From positions 63,240,001-63,304,000 of the forward strand of contig OZ241829.1 of NCBI GenBank assembly GCA_965202585.1: 64,000 nucleotides of DNA. Direction: 5' to 3'. Under the pieces are notes generated by a model. The model was not told the DNA's origin. It did no database searches and saw nothing but the letters and a program-made list of their open reading frames with translations. Both the position numbers and the translations under genes were made by a program. Positions within the stretch are counted from its first letter, which is position 1. Every line of letters begins with the position of its first letter. The stretch comes from Thalia democratica. Taxonomy: Eukaryota. Shown piece by piece: positions 12,338-25,702 of the stretch.

Positions 12338-13347
12338 ATGGAAAACGCATTTATTATAAATGATCTTATGAATGCAATGCTGACTGCAGTAGAAGAAAAC
12401 TTGTCAACTAATAGTTTCAATGCTATTCAGGAGCAAACTAGCTTTGAAAAAGCGAATGAGATTGTTGTGTATAATAATGATGTACCAACTCAAACTTCTG
12501 AGCTTTGTAGTGGAAACAAAACTGACTCTAATTTGAAAAATGAGTTTGAGTTCTTAGATGTTCCTTCGTTGGTACAAAACGAAAGGAAAGACAGCCTTAT
12601 AACGGAGAACTTTTATGAAGTTAAAGATGATGACGCTTCTTTCAATATGGTGATTGACTCCAATGAGAACAATGAAATGGAAAGCATCATTCCTGAAAAC
12701 GAGCAACAATATGACATTGTTTCTATTGATGCAGCAAAAGGCTGTCTAATGTTGTTGAAAACAAAATCAAGCATTAAAGTCTCTACGGAGCTGGGAAATC
12801 AAAGAAACTTTGACATGGGAGATAACGATGCACAAGTTTCTGTAAAGAAAAACAATGAGGTAATGAAACTTGAAAGAGAAATGTTAATTGATAATAAATT
12901 ATCTGAAAAAGACAAAGATATTGAAGAAGTGTTTAGTTTCAGCTCACTCGAAAGAGAACTGACGCCAGATTACGAAATCTTGTCTGATGGTAGTGAGTTT
13001 TTTCTCACTAAAGTCCTTGCATTGAAAGTTACTTTCAATCAGAAATTAAAAGTTGCAGCTCAGTAAAATCGTCCAACAGCAAAACATCGAAGAAGACTTT
13101 TGAAGTTATCTATGAACGACAGATGAAATCAAAAAATAAAAAGTTCAGATGGTTTAGATCAAATCGAGTTTCTCCCGACCAGCTGCAACAAGAAGTAAAA
13201 ACAAAGTCAAAGGCGAAGAGGCTAGCTTCGAGCTTTGCTAAAGGACTGAGAAGTTCATTCAACAATGCAAGGAAAGCTTATAAAAGCAGAAGACGATTAA
13301 ATTTGATGGTTTTATGTCCAGTACCTTTGTTTTTCATGCATTTGTAA
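12338..13347 (+). pseudogene. Orphan gene 'C', copy A, split by a 1-nt deletion
   Basis: ORFs 12338-13066 and 13123-13347 join into the 336-aa frame of copy B if CACTAAAGTCC (~13010) is restored to CACTAAAAGTCC. This is a homopolymer, so a sequencing error is possible. Confidence 0.8.
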
Positions 13348-15116
13348 TAATGCATTTCTTAATAAAATTGATACAACTGGTATTTGTTTCTTTTTTTTTT
13401 TGAATCGGCAATTAGAAAAATCTAATACAAATTAATATTTGATTTAGCAGTTAATCTATGACAACATCTAAATAAAGAGTTTTGAAATCAAGCTAAACTG
13501 TTTTGCAACTAGAAACAAGTTCAGTAAAGAAAAGTTTATTGAAATGCTTAATCTTATTTTGATATTTTATTACAATTTGGTTTGATAGCATTTTAATATC
13601 AAACCTTACAATGAGTTAAATAAACATTTTATCAAAGCGTGTTATATTAATAAAAAAAGCTGTAGATCTTACTTAGTCTTCAACTTTTTAAAACTTCATG
13701 TCAGTGTAGTATTAGGTAAGCTTACGAACAGTAAAAATTTCAAAACATTAGTATTTATAAAGTAAAAACGTTAGTGTAAGTAGAGATAGGTATGAATATA
13801 GTAGAATATATATTGTTAACTGAGTATGTGATAAACGCAGTTACATGAAATGTAAAATTTAAACAATTCAAATCCTTAAACAACGTTTAAAGGGCACAAT
13901 TCGGAAAATTATATATTGGAAAAATAATACACTCCTTTAAATTTAAATAATAAGATTATGAAAGCGAAAAAAGGATAAAAAATAGAAATTAATATCTACT
14001 AAAAAAAAACTTCATTTTAGTAACTTTTGAAAGTTAAAGACATATCTCAAAAAATAGTTAGCATTTTTATAAAATAAGAGACGTTAACTATTTTTTTTAG
14101 ATTAGTTAAAAGATTATGAAGGCAAAATACAACCTTTAATAAGAAACTTGTACAATTTTTTTAAGTTATGCTTTAAAAGCTACACAGTAATCAAAAAGTC
14201 TAAATGATTTACTACTGTCACTTTAATACTTTAATATTTTTTTGTTTAATCAGATAAGATATTAATCATTTTGTTAAAATACCTTTAATTATTTTAAGTT
14301 TTTTTAAGAGCTTTGATATAAAGCTACTTTAGCGAGGAATTTTAAAGAGAATTATAAATTATTACTTTAATCATTGTTAAAACGAAGTTTGTACATAATA
14401 ATAAGTTTAGTTTTAAAGTTTAGTCTACAAAAACTTTAAATAACTTTCTGATTTTATATAGTAGACATTAAAACAGAATTTGAAACCTGATCGTTTAGTT
14501 TTTCTTAATTCTGATATTTGCAATTCTTTGTTTGGCAATTGTATAAAGCATTACTTTTAATAATAAATTAATTAGACCCCGAATTCGAAAGTATTTTAAA
14601 TAAAGTGTATATGAAATGTAAAGTTTTTTCAGCATATAAATAGTTTTCTACTAGAGCACCACAAGTCATTAGTAAAAGTTAATAAAGGCAAAGGAATAGA
14701 ATAAAAGTAGTTATAACAAAAAAATACTTGTTGAATCTTTTCTATTTTAAATAAAAAAATTATCAAAACTGACTTAAAGTACCTTGGCGATAAAACATTT
14801 GTTCAACTTACTAGTTTTAATAATATTCTTAAGAAAAACAGTTTAATCCTGTGTAATGTATAGATTTTTAAAAAACAACACTAAAGCAATTTTAAAGAAA
14901 AAAAAAAGTAATAATTGAAAGCTAGCATGAAATGTATTTATTTCAGTAATAAAGTTTAACAAACACATTTAAAAAAATGTTATCAAACTTCTGAAAAAAA
15001 GAAAGTTGTAACAAAATTAATCGTTTTTTTGATCTAAAATGGAATAAAGAGCGAAAATTTATACTTAAGAGCTAATATGGGCAGTGTTTTGAAATTTTTG
15101 TAATTGTTTTAAACAG

Positions 15117-16526
15117 TCAAAAAGACTGATGTAGTTTTTCCAATTCTTCATTAGAGCTGCATGAAGATATTTGCAGGTTGGATCTCGTTCCTAGACTTTG
15201 AGTTTTCTTCAGCTCAGTTTTCTTTCTTTCGTAGGCTCTGCAGAGTTACGATTTAGTTTTTAAGCGGACTTGAGAACTAGCAATTTAAAAATAACTTAAT
15301 TCTTAGTTTTTGATTTTTACAATTATACTGTATAACTTACTCGTAAGTTATCTATATAAATAACAAAGTTATAAGCGATCTTTTTTAATACTTTTGTTTA
15401 AATACTTGCTATGTTCGAGTATGATTATTTGTTCCAATGCAAGTAAATTTATGGAGAAAGATGCTCAAGTGTTAGCTAGAAAATATGAACGTCATTAGCA
15501 AGAATTTAAAACACAACATTTCCAATTAGTTAAAACTTTTTATCACTTAATAAATTTTTACTTTTATTGATATTTTGTGACTATTATCTACAATCTATTT
15601 GAACAAGAGTCACAATTTGAAAATCCGTTCGCGCTGAAACTCAGCAACCTTATATATTCTTCAACATTTATTTTTTTAATTATTTACAACAACCTTGCAG
15701 TCTTGGCTCTTTGCTGCCTCTTGTCCCACACGTGGTAGGAAGTTGCGACGGCCAGCGGCACAACCCCGAGACCCAACAAAAAACCCCCTACTACGAACAT
15801 GACGAAGACGCTGTCGTGGGTCGAAGTCTTTTGCACTTTGAACTGGCCGCAAACCTTTAAGTTAAAATTCGGTTTTGATCGAATAAATGTATATCTTTTT
15901 CATCACGGCAAGATTTGAAGAAATGAACTATTTTTTTTCTACTCATTAGTGCTAGTTTGTTACATAAATAGGTCTAAACAACTTAAAAAAAAAAAGCATT
16001 GTTATGTTAAAAACATTTAATCGTGATTCTTGACTGCTTTTTTAGATTTTAAGGGTTTATTCAACAAGAAATTCATTCTTTAAAACCTTTAAAAACAAAA
16101 AAGAATGAAATAAATTTAAATGTTTAATTTATGTATTTTAATAAACAGTAATGAACAATAAAGTTCTATAACTGTAAACATTAAAATGCTAGTCTTCACT
16201 AACTTAAGATGTACAAAATTTCACTATAGGTTTTTCACATAAAAATATTTTTATACTTAACAACATGATTCGAAATCATGGACAGATATTAAAGCCTTAC
16301 ACTGGGTCTTTAATAATTGCTAGAATACATAATAACGATTGGCATAAAATTTAACAAAAAATACCCCTCTTTTCTTTTCAGGTAATAAGACGCAACAAAT
16401 GAACGAGGATGAGTGAGAATTGATCATTATTGAGTAAATTTGTCTTTTCTTCCTTTTTTTCAGGTTCACTCTCATCATCTTAGATCCGAATGTGTGGCAA
16501 ACTGTCATCTGTAACATTACGTACAT
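15117..16526 (-). CDS. Spliced single-pass membrane protein gene 'E', copy 1 (exons ~16526-16365, 15854-15694 or 15688, 15237-15117)
   Basis: The middle exon encodes VCGQFKVQKTSTHD-SVFVMFVVGGFLLGLGVVPLAVATSY-HVWDKRQQRAKTAR (TM plus basic stop-transfer). Last exon is AYERKKTELKKTQSLG...LHQSF*. Its differences vs the second copy are synonymous (GAG/GAA, CTG/TTG, TCT/TCC, CTA/TTA). The 5' end is uncertain. Confidence 0.7.
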
Positions 16527-17518
16527 TATGACACCATACCTACTTTTAATGTTTAAACAAGGTATAAAATTATATTAAAAAAGGTTTGGCTGGATAAAAA
16601 CTATTTTAAAAGATAGTGTGTTTTTTCATGCTTGTTAATTAATACAGTTTAGAAACAACTAATTGGATAAAAGTTTGTTTTAGATTCACTTTCAATGTGA
16701 AAACAAACATAATCCGTTATGTTTAAGTATTTAAGTTAACATCTTTTTAGTTTAGCTTTGTTTTAAAAACATACTTTTAGGTTTTAGCTTTCAACATGCA
16801 TTTAAATGACAAAAAATATCAATATTTAGTTAAGTGCAAGTATTTTCCTTATAGGCTAGACAAAACCTATGTAAGTCTCTAGTCACTGAAATATTTATAT
16901 TGATCAGTATATATCTTTCCCAACTAAATTATAAATTTTTAATGTTAAATGAAATTGACGTAAAAATTTATTAGTAAAACGTCTTTAAGGTATTAGAAAG
17001 AAAAAAAATGACTAGAAGTTTTACTTTTTATAAAAATTTCTTATAGTTTCTTGGATTTAGTTTTTTTTAATATCAATTTTTAATACATAAGTATGTACAT
17101 AAAATTAAAAATAAGTAATTAAAAAAAATACTATAAATTTTTTTTTGAAAAGTTCAAATAGTTTAGAAGCTTTTTTTTTAATCTGGTAACGTTTTTAAAA
17201 TATTGTTTTTAAGTTAAATTACTAGATTACTTCTCACTATATGTAACTAACAATAGTAATTTAGAAAGTTTGTGAATATTTACAGTACACTATACATATA
17301 AACTAAGCGGAAAAAAAAACATATAAATTATATAAATTAAATTATATATATATATAAATAAATATATAAATTCCACTAACTAAAACTAAACCCTAGAATA
17401 ATTTTAAAAATCAAAACTTTCAAACAATTGCCGAGGTTAAAAGTTTGTTCAGCGACAAATATTTATTTCCAGTGTTTTACTTGTCTAAAACGCTTTTAGT
17501 GTTGCACTTAGTGGTTAT

Positions 17519-17816
17519 TCATGCCTTAAATTTCGTCAACTTAACATAATAGTTTTTTTTTGAATAGCGTTTCCAATATTCAAGCGTCAGCAGTTTTGTT
17601 TCTAAAACGTCTAGGGAATTTAAATTGCTAGTTGAAAATTAAAACGCAAAAAACATCGATTGATTTTTACCCCGAGTTAACTTTGCTGCAGACATTTGTT
17701 TCTAGTTTGAATTCACTTTTCAATCTCTTTGATGGGATTTGTTTTGGTTTGGAAAATAGTAAACTGCTTGAACTGATTGCTTGGAAAAAAATTGGACCGA
17801 GCAGATGTTTAATTTG
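17519..17816 (-). other. Candidate exon pair 'D' (17816-17671, 43-nt intron, 17627-17519), open only in copy B
   Basis: AG/GT boundaries and an open frame QIKHLLGPIFFQ...NSG / NLNSLDVLETKLL...FKA*. The A-type copies have a frameshift and a TAA, and substitutions are mostly non-synonymous, so coding status is doubtful. Confidence 0.3.
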
Positions 17817-19469
17817 CTAAAAAGATCAAAGAATTGATAAAACAAGTATAGAAAACGTGTTGTACTTAGTTACAGTACAACAATCGTTTTTATATTTAGT
17901 TATCGAATTTAAAAATCCAAGCAAAATTTGGATGATAGTTGGTCTAATAATCGTTTATGTAAACCTAAATACATTACAAAATAAAGATAGTATATTAAAA
18001 ACTGCAACAAACTAAAAGTATGAGTTATTTTGAGTTTAATATAATTCTTTTTGTTGATATAAAATAGATACTGAACATTATCTAGAAATCGCACAGAGAA
18101 AAATGTTTATAGGTATTAATTATTATACTTAGTTGACTAATTATTTGTAGTTTAAGGCCATAGGGGGGTAACCATGTTTTTTTAGAAGTTGATCTTATGT
18201 CATAGAATTCTTTCTAAGCTTTAAGATGCTTTTTATGGTTTTAAAAAATTGAAATTATTTTTTGAGATTTGACCAGTCAAAGTCGGGCTACATAATTGGT
18301 TCCCTATGGAAAGGGAAAACTAAAACAGCAAAAAAGACTGTTTTGTTTAAAATTTATCTCCTCTTACATTTTTCAAGTTATCTTCTTCAAACTTTCACAG
18401 TCTAATCTTTATACAATAACAAAAAAAAACATTACTTGTGAATTTAAAAAATTTCTAGTAAAAAATATATGTTAAAAAAAATAAAAACTATTTTTTTTTT
18501 AATTTTTTTTTTTTTTTTTTAATTTTGCAAAGCTTAGGCCAGAAGTAGATGTTTTGTATAACGTAATGCAAAGCACTAATTTAATTGTGCAAAAAGTTAA
18601 ACAACATGTGAAAAATTTCCAATATGCTGTTAAAAGAGTTCGTAATTCTAGTGTTACAGATCATGCAAAAATATGCCTCTTTTCTTCCGCAAAAGAAGTT
18701 TGTGACAGTGTAAAGGTAAATGTTGCTAAAAGATTTAACTTTTCAGAACACTTGAGAATATCGCAGTTATTTTAGAAAACTTGTATTCGTTTTATTCCAA
18801 ATTTTTTCCTTCTGACCTTATCGAAGCAGTGAACAACTTTTATTTTGTTGTAGATTGTAAAAAGCTATAAACCGAATTAATAGTTATTTACAATCGACAA
18901 GAAATGCACAAAAGGGAATTAGTAAAAACTCTGCTGTACATTAAGAATAACATTCTTTCTGATAGTTTTTGTGAAAGTATAAAACTTCTAGAAACTCTAA
19001 TAACTATACCTATAAGTTCAACTGAAGCTGAAAGGACATTTTTATCTTTAAAGAGAATAAAACGTCAGCAGTCAAGCGTCAGCAGTTTTGTTTCTAAATC
19101 GTCTAGGGAATTTACTGTTTTACTAGTTAAAAATTAGAACGCAAAAACATAGATTGATTTTTTCCCCGAGTTAACTTTGTTGCAGACATTTGTTTCTAGT
19201 TTGAATTCACTTTTCAATCTCTTTAATGGGATTTGTTTTGGTTTGGAAAATAGTAAACTGCTTGAACTGATTGCTTGGAAAAAAAATGGACCGAGCAGAT
19301 GTTTAATTTGCTAAAAAGATCAAAGAATTGATAAAACAAGTATAGAAAATGTGTTGTACTTAGTTACAGTACAACAATCGTTTTTATATTTAGTTATCGA
19401 ATTTAAAAATCCAAGCAAAATTTGGATGATAGTTGGTCTAATAATCGTTTATGTAAACCTAAATACATT
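17580..19469. repeat. ~396-bp direct repeats (17580-17975 and 19072-19469) flanking a ~1.1-kb foreign insert
   Basis: TCAAGCGTCAGCAGTTTTG...AAACCTAAATACATT is present twice with a few differences. It is single-copy in units A and A'. Confidence 0.88.
18525..19062 (+). mobile_element. Decayed hAT transposase C-terminal fragment (ZMYM1/PRKRIR-like), truncated inside the dimerization domain
   Basis: Translates to ...VDVLYNVMQ...AKEVCDSV...RFNFSEHL... and ...FCESIKLLETLITIPISSTEAERTFLSLKRIK, the hAT dimerization motif. It has stops and frameshifts. Confidence 0.8.
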
Positions 19470-19719
19470 TTGGATTGTTCAGTAATTAGTAGCTGTAAAC
19501 TCAAAAATCTGGTACGTTTAGCTTTAATTAGTCAATAAAAACAAAGTTACAAACTATACTAAACTGCCATAGAAAAAGTTCTAATAAAATCCTTAAGTAG
19601 ATTTAATGTTTAAGTAAGTTGTAACGTTTGTTATAATTGTAATACCTTATTTAAAAGTTACACTTAAACGTATAATTTCGAGTATAATAACATAATTTAA
19701 TTTTCAGAATCTATAAATA

Positions 19720-20449
19720 CATTGCTTATTCACTTATCCGGACGCTCACTTATCCGGACAGTTTTGGTCAGAAGAAAATTTAAATAAATTTCAAAAGTAA
19801 ACACAAAGATTTATTCAAACAGTTTCGCAACTTCTTAAAATCCGTGAGTTTTCTGCGGAAGGAAAACTATAAAACAAACGTCTATTATTTCTAATTTTAG
19901 TAAAACTTTCGATAAAAACTAGTTTGTTAGGAGTGATATGTTTCCGTTAAATTGACTTTAAACTTAGTAAAAGTTTCCTGTTTTCTTTCTGCCTGTTTTT
20001 TTTTAATTAAAAAAAGTCTTTCATTTCATTTAAAGAGATAGGTTTACATTATTTTTTGTTTTTAAAGATAAATTTAATTTATATTTTCTCTTGAATAAAA
20101 ATTAATATTTTCAAAATTAATAGTTAGGGCAAAAGGAATAACAAATGATGAATTTTACTTGCTTGACTTATAAAAAATGTATATATTTGCAGAGGATTAG
20201 TAAGTCTATTGTTTTTCTACCATAGAAAAAATAAACTAATTAACCTTAAGCTTAGCTTTTATTATTTATCATTTTGTTATATAAAACTTACAATTACTAT
20301 GTATTTGTTTTTACCATAACACTTTTATTATGCATTGCAGGATATGCAGCAGTTAAATTATTATATGAAAAAAATAATTTTTTGTAGTTATCCGGACACG
20401 TTTACAGAAAAATCTTGCCCAACGTGTCCGGATAAGTGATTAAGCACTG
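19720..20449. mobile_element. 730-bp MITE, Tc1/mariner-pogo type
   Basis: 24-bp TIRs match at 22/24 (CATTGCTTATTCACTTATCCGGAC vs reverse complement CAGTGCTTAATCACTTATCCGGAC). Inserted at a TA; empty site AAATACAAG in copies A and A' (~1147-1155). No ORF. Confidence 0.85.
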
Positions 20450-21030
20450 TGACATTACAACTAAGAAATCTTGTGAAAAATGGCACGAAAGTTTTTTCGA
20501 CCTGTAATTAGTTGTAAAAAACTTTTATCGATGTTTGCTTCAACGAGTGGTTAAAATTCGTACGTTATGTACATAAGAAAATAAACACTATGGAGAAAAA
20601 ATACAGGTAAAAGGAATGAAAGTTATGAATGATTTATACGCTACGTAAATTTCTTAATGATTTTCTTTTTTCTAACGCTAGTTACCATAGTAACTAATTC
20701 AAGTGTATATTAAACTAGATCAAAAGGTTAGGTTTATTCCGCCCGGCTTTAGTACTTTATTGTTTTTATTTTCGAAACAAAATAGCTTCTATTTTGACAA
20801 ATATGTAGTTAAGATACTATAATATATATTTTAGACATTATAAAAAGGTCAAAAAGTCTTATTGTTTTAATAAAAACTTATTTTTGTATTACAAAGCTTA
20901 AGTTATTGTGAACAAAAAAAGTCGCACAGAGTTAATAAAAATACAAAAGATGACATTTTAAGACTTATGTTAAAATATGACTAATATAGGTGGTGTCTTA
21001 TAGTATGGTTTTAAGAAAATACTCAAGTAG

Positions 21031-22177
21031 TTATAAACCATCTGGGAATAAGAACCTTTTAAAGCTCAATGCTGCGGTTCTACTCTAATGTATGAAAAAA
21101 TCCATATAAAAGTTTAATTAGTGACTTATTTATTTACTAATGCTTCTTTTTTTTTTAACTCAATTAAACTAGCTCTTAATTGGTTTAGTATTTTTCGTTA
21201 CTTTAGAAAACAAAAAATTAATAATTTTACCTCTCTCTTTAAAACTTTTGATCTGAAAAAATCAACATCTACTGCATTGTGTTCATTGTGAAGTTGCATG
21301 GAAACTTTTAAATATTCATCCAACTTGTAACTGTTTGAAATAAACTAAACTAATTGATAGCTAACAAAGTTGAACAAAATAAAAATTAAAGTATGATCTT
21401 TGAAGATAGTAAGAATAGAAAAAATATGTAAATAAATGTTACATCCTCTAAAAATAAAAAAGAGCTACTATAAGTTTTTTAGTTGTATATAAATTTTTAT
21501 ATTAATTGTGGTTACAAATATTATTCTAATTGAATATAATTTAATTTTTTTCCAAAGCTAATATAAATGATGAGTATTCTAATTTTTTTTTTTTTTTCAA
21601 TTATGAGAAATATTAATGCAGCATCAAACTTTTCAAAACTTATTAAAACTTAAAATTAAAAAGTATTTATAACACGAAATATTTTTTTCAATTATCAAAG
21701 AAAAACTATTCTGTTTTCTCAAACAAACAATTAGCAACTTAAAAGATCCAATAAAACTGACTTTTTAAGTCTATATAAAGTACATGTTTTTAATCAATGT
21801 TAGGTTTTATTAATATTTAGTTTTGTAAAACCTTAAAAGTAGCAACTGGTGGTCTTATGTCTCAATTTATAAGATATCTTTTAATATTGTTGAAGTTAAA
21901 TTTTCAGCATAACGTCATCTTTAGTTTATAGCAAACTTTATTTTATTTGAACAAAATAAACCATATGTTAATATTCATAATTTTACTTTTCTTTTCAAAT
22001 AACTTACAAGAAATGAGTTGTGTTTGTCTGTTTATAAAGAGCCATTTTGAAATCGTCCTCGGCCCCACAAGCTTTATTGAAAAAATTTGTGTACTTTGGT
22101 TTCACCGCATGGCCAGCCTTGTCTTTTTTATTTCTATCATCATGTTTTTCAGCCAACTTCTTTGAGGTCTGAGTCAT
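21031..22177 (-). CDS. Spliced orphan gene 'B', copy B (exons 22177-22008, 21330-21231, 21084-21031); ends SRTAALSFKRFLFPDGL*
   Basis: Same splice sites and exon lengths (170 and 100 nt) as copy A. The last exon differs by +1 nt. Confidence 0.72.
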
Positions 22178-22490
22178 TTTTTGTTTTTATTTTACATTGG
22201 TACAAAATTAAAACGATTTGTTAAGTAGATAGAAGTATAAAAAAAATGATACCTACACAATTTAAACTTTAATGCATGATTAATTCGAAAAAGTTTGTTA
22301 TTTTAATTAGTTTTATTATATAAAATAAATTGTTTTAACGTTTTGAAAGACTATTTTTTTGTAGTTAATAGTATTTTCTTATAAAATCTAATATGTAAAC
22401 TTATTTTCTTTGAAAATAACTGATCGTATAAATAAATAGTTTCAAAACAAAGTAAAAGACTTATGTATTGTAAAATTAAATCAAATCATG

Positions 22491-25400
22491 CTAATCAAGT
22501 CTCACAATGTTAGCAAGAACATCGACGTCAATGGAATTTGAACTTTCAACGCAATCAGCATTGAATGAAGTTGTGTTTTCCGTTGTGAATTCGATGACGT
22601 TCGTTGACTTTACTATTTTCATATCAGCGTTAGTCATTGCTTTGGTGAAAAGATTAAATTAAGCGTCAATTTTTCTAACCAAATTCACTTAACTATTTAT
22701 AATAAGTGGCTTTGGTTTATGAATCTATACTTTCTGTGCATTAAAGAATTAATTCATATCACATAAAATTGAAATGCTTCAAAGCAATTAGAATAAATCA
22801 TTTTTGGTTTTTTAAACAAAATGAATAATTAATAAGTTTGAAGACAATAAACAACAAAAGCTTTTTAGCTTTAGAATTTAAAACTACTTTTTACATTTCT
22901 TTGACAGTTTGACAGCTGAAATGTTATAAATATGAATATAAATCGTTTATAAAATCAACAAATTGAAATTGCACATAAATAGAAAATAAAAATTTTAATA
23001 AAAACTTTATAGAATGATTCATTAAAAACTTTAAAACTAAAAGTTTATTAAAATAGGAATTCAGTAAATATTGATTACAATCTTAGCTCAATACAGCATA
23101 CAGATACTTATTGAAAACCTCCAAGCTACCTAGTTTTTGCATAAAACTACTTTACTAATTACTGGATTAACGTTAAAATTTACCCGTTTTGATTTTAATG
23201 CTAAAGAAACAAAACTTTTATTAACAATTGAATTATAACTAATTAGTTTTTAATTAGTATATAGGCCTCTGCAAAATAATTAAACGTATATAAATCTCAT
23301 AAAACAAAATGTTATAAATACGTAAGTCTAAGAAGCAAAAAAAGACTTTGTATATTTTAAATACTTTTAGTTTGTTTAAACATAACTTGCAAAAACAGAC
23401 TACAAAGATTTATACCACAGCGATGTTCTTATAGTGTTTATAACAATTTAATTACTAAAACGTATAAAATTAGTAACTAACGTTTTACCAATTGAATACT
23501 AGCATAGTAAGTGCCTGTAAAATCTTCAACATAACAAGATATTGTTCCATTTTTCAAATTTTCTTCTTCAACTGTCACAGTAGATTTTGAAATCGTGTAG
23601 TTTTCAGTGACTCCAATCGAGAACGAAACACCTTTTTGAATTTACTATTTCAGGGGTCGGCTTGAAAGCAGTGAAAAAATTGTTGTAATAAAATTGTATT
23701 GTAAAAATTATTAAGCTTCATGGTGCAAAATAACAAAATATTTAACTTTTTTTTGATAATTGAAATCAAACTAAAAACTAGCTTTTCATACAATTATTAC
23801 TTTTAAACAATTAATGATAACTTTAAACATTTTTCAAAACCAACCGAACACGGATAATTTCAGATAAGTGGTATCGGCCATCCGGGGCCTCCTGTCAACC
23901 AGGCAGTTGAAGGTCACGCTGCTGTTGGCAACCAGGGTCTGGTTCACGATCCCCCACCCCTCTAAGCTCTCCCCCCTCTTGAATATGACGTACACTCGGG
24001 GGCGGTAGCAAACACCGTTCTCGTACACGTCTGAGTGGTTGAGAGACGGGAATTCGGGGTGGAGATTCTCGCTTTTGCTCTTGCACCCCAGTTTCATCCA
24101 CCTGGCGACGAACTCCTCGTCGCTCGTTGCTAGGTAACGGGAAAACGCAATGACGTCACAATCACAACGAAGGTTGTCGTTGGGGTGCAGCCCGAGATCG
24201 GTGAGGTGGCTCAGTCGCGTCATGACGACGTCGTCGTTGCCGGGCAACGTCAGGAGGCGGTTGTTGTTGAGGCTGAGGTGGGTGAGATTGGGGAGGTCTT
24301 CGAGGCAGCTCCAAGGAAAATGTTCGATTAAGTTGTCGGTGAGGTACAACCTAAATAATAAATTTGTAGGCTTGGATAAAATTTTAACCAACTGAAACTG
24401 AGTCGGTATTGATAAAAGATCAAATAATGTATGTTTTAAAATTAAGTTTATTAAAACTTAGATTTAGAAAAATTACTAACTCAGAGAACATAAATAAGAT
24501 TCAGCTAGTTGTTTTAAATGAATTTGATATCTTTAATTTTCAAATATTATATATATTTTTCACTGGTTTTAAATTCAAGCCTTCTAACCAACTTTTTTAA
24601 TAAGCCAATATTTTTAAATGAACTTTCATTTATGCTGACTATTTGATTGTCTTCTAGTTTCAAAATAAGAACATTTGGCAGATCTTTAAACATCTGTAAT
24701 TTTTATTTTACTGTTACATTTAATTTGTATCTAATTTATTTAAAGTTTGTTTTTTTACTAAAATTCATGTAAAAAATAACACTCCATTCTATTAAGGATA
24801 ATCAAGTTAATAAGTAAAAATAAATATCCTGGACAAGACCTTAAAAAGTATCCGTGGTGTTCGACTCGATTAGCGAAAGGTTTTTTCGAACACTAGGTCC
24901 AAGGACCAAAAATTTTGAGCAGTTTCTTTTTTGTCCTTAAATAAACAACATATGAATAGCCAAATTAACCCTATGTCTAGTGTAAAAAGTATTGATTTAT
25001 TATTTTTTAAATTTCGGTAAAGCTATTATTTTTACAATTTTGTACACATACTTCTTTTTAACATTATATTTGGCAAAACTAAACTTATACTTTTTATTTA
25101 TTTTTTCATCAAGTTTTATACTTTTAAGAAACTTTAATCATATACTATTTGTGGGCATAAACTAATTCTGATTAAGTATAAAACGTTTTGAAATTGAGAT
25201 TTTATTTCATGTTTAGGGATAAAGTTTATTCGAACAAATTTTTGATCTAACAGAAAATATTTAAAAAATAAGCTTCTTAGAGTAAATAAAACTTGATCAA
25301 GTAAAAAAATACTTACATTTGCAGTTAAATTTCTCATATTTTCTTGTCTCAGTCTGAACATTGTCACATTTGACGGAACATCTTTAAAATAGTTTGTGCT

Positions 25401-25702
25401 TTTGTAACTAGAGCAACTGACATAAAATCCTTTTTCTGTATCCGTTTCTGAATAGTTCTTACAACTGTTAAAAAAAATAAAATAATCGATATATCTTTCT
25501 ACTTGGCGGGAAATTTGTATAAATATTTAATACGGCTTCAAAACTGTCTTAAAATATCCAAATATTCTTAAAATAAAAAAACTATTAAAAACAAATAGTA
25601 AAACTAAACAGAAAGTTACCTGCAGTTTGTTAAGCAAGATTCACAAAACTTTACATACAAGTTTGTTAAAATGAACAGCACATGATAATCAAATGACTTC
25701 AT
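22491..25702 (-). CDS. LRR-Ig protein, copy B, intact 378 aa: signal peptide, LRRNT, ~4-5 LRRs, LRRCT, one Ig domain, Ser/Thr-rich tail (ISLR/LRIT-like architecture)
   Basis: Exons 25702-25620, 25464-25317, 24693-24593, 24350-23845, 23631-23482, 22639-22491 (83+148+101+506+150+149=1137 nt) with GT-AG and matching phases. Motifs include CLTNCSC...VSCS...VPSNVT, LxLxDNQI, FPWSCLEDLPNL, NLRCDC, TFNCLV and GAISCYV. Confidence 0.88.

Larger units (their letters stand above)
1..17330. repeat. Segmental tandem-array unit, copy A (left end outside window)
   Basis: Position 1 CTTAAGTGATTAGTTAGATTG recurs at 43881 (offset 43,880). The same gene order recurs in copies B and A'. The right boundary is approximate. 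Confidence 0.93.
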
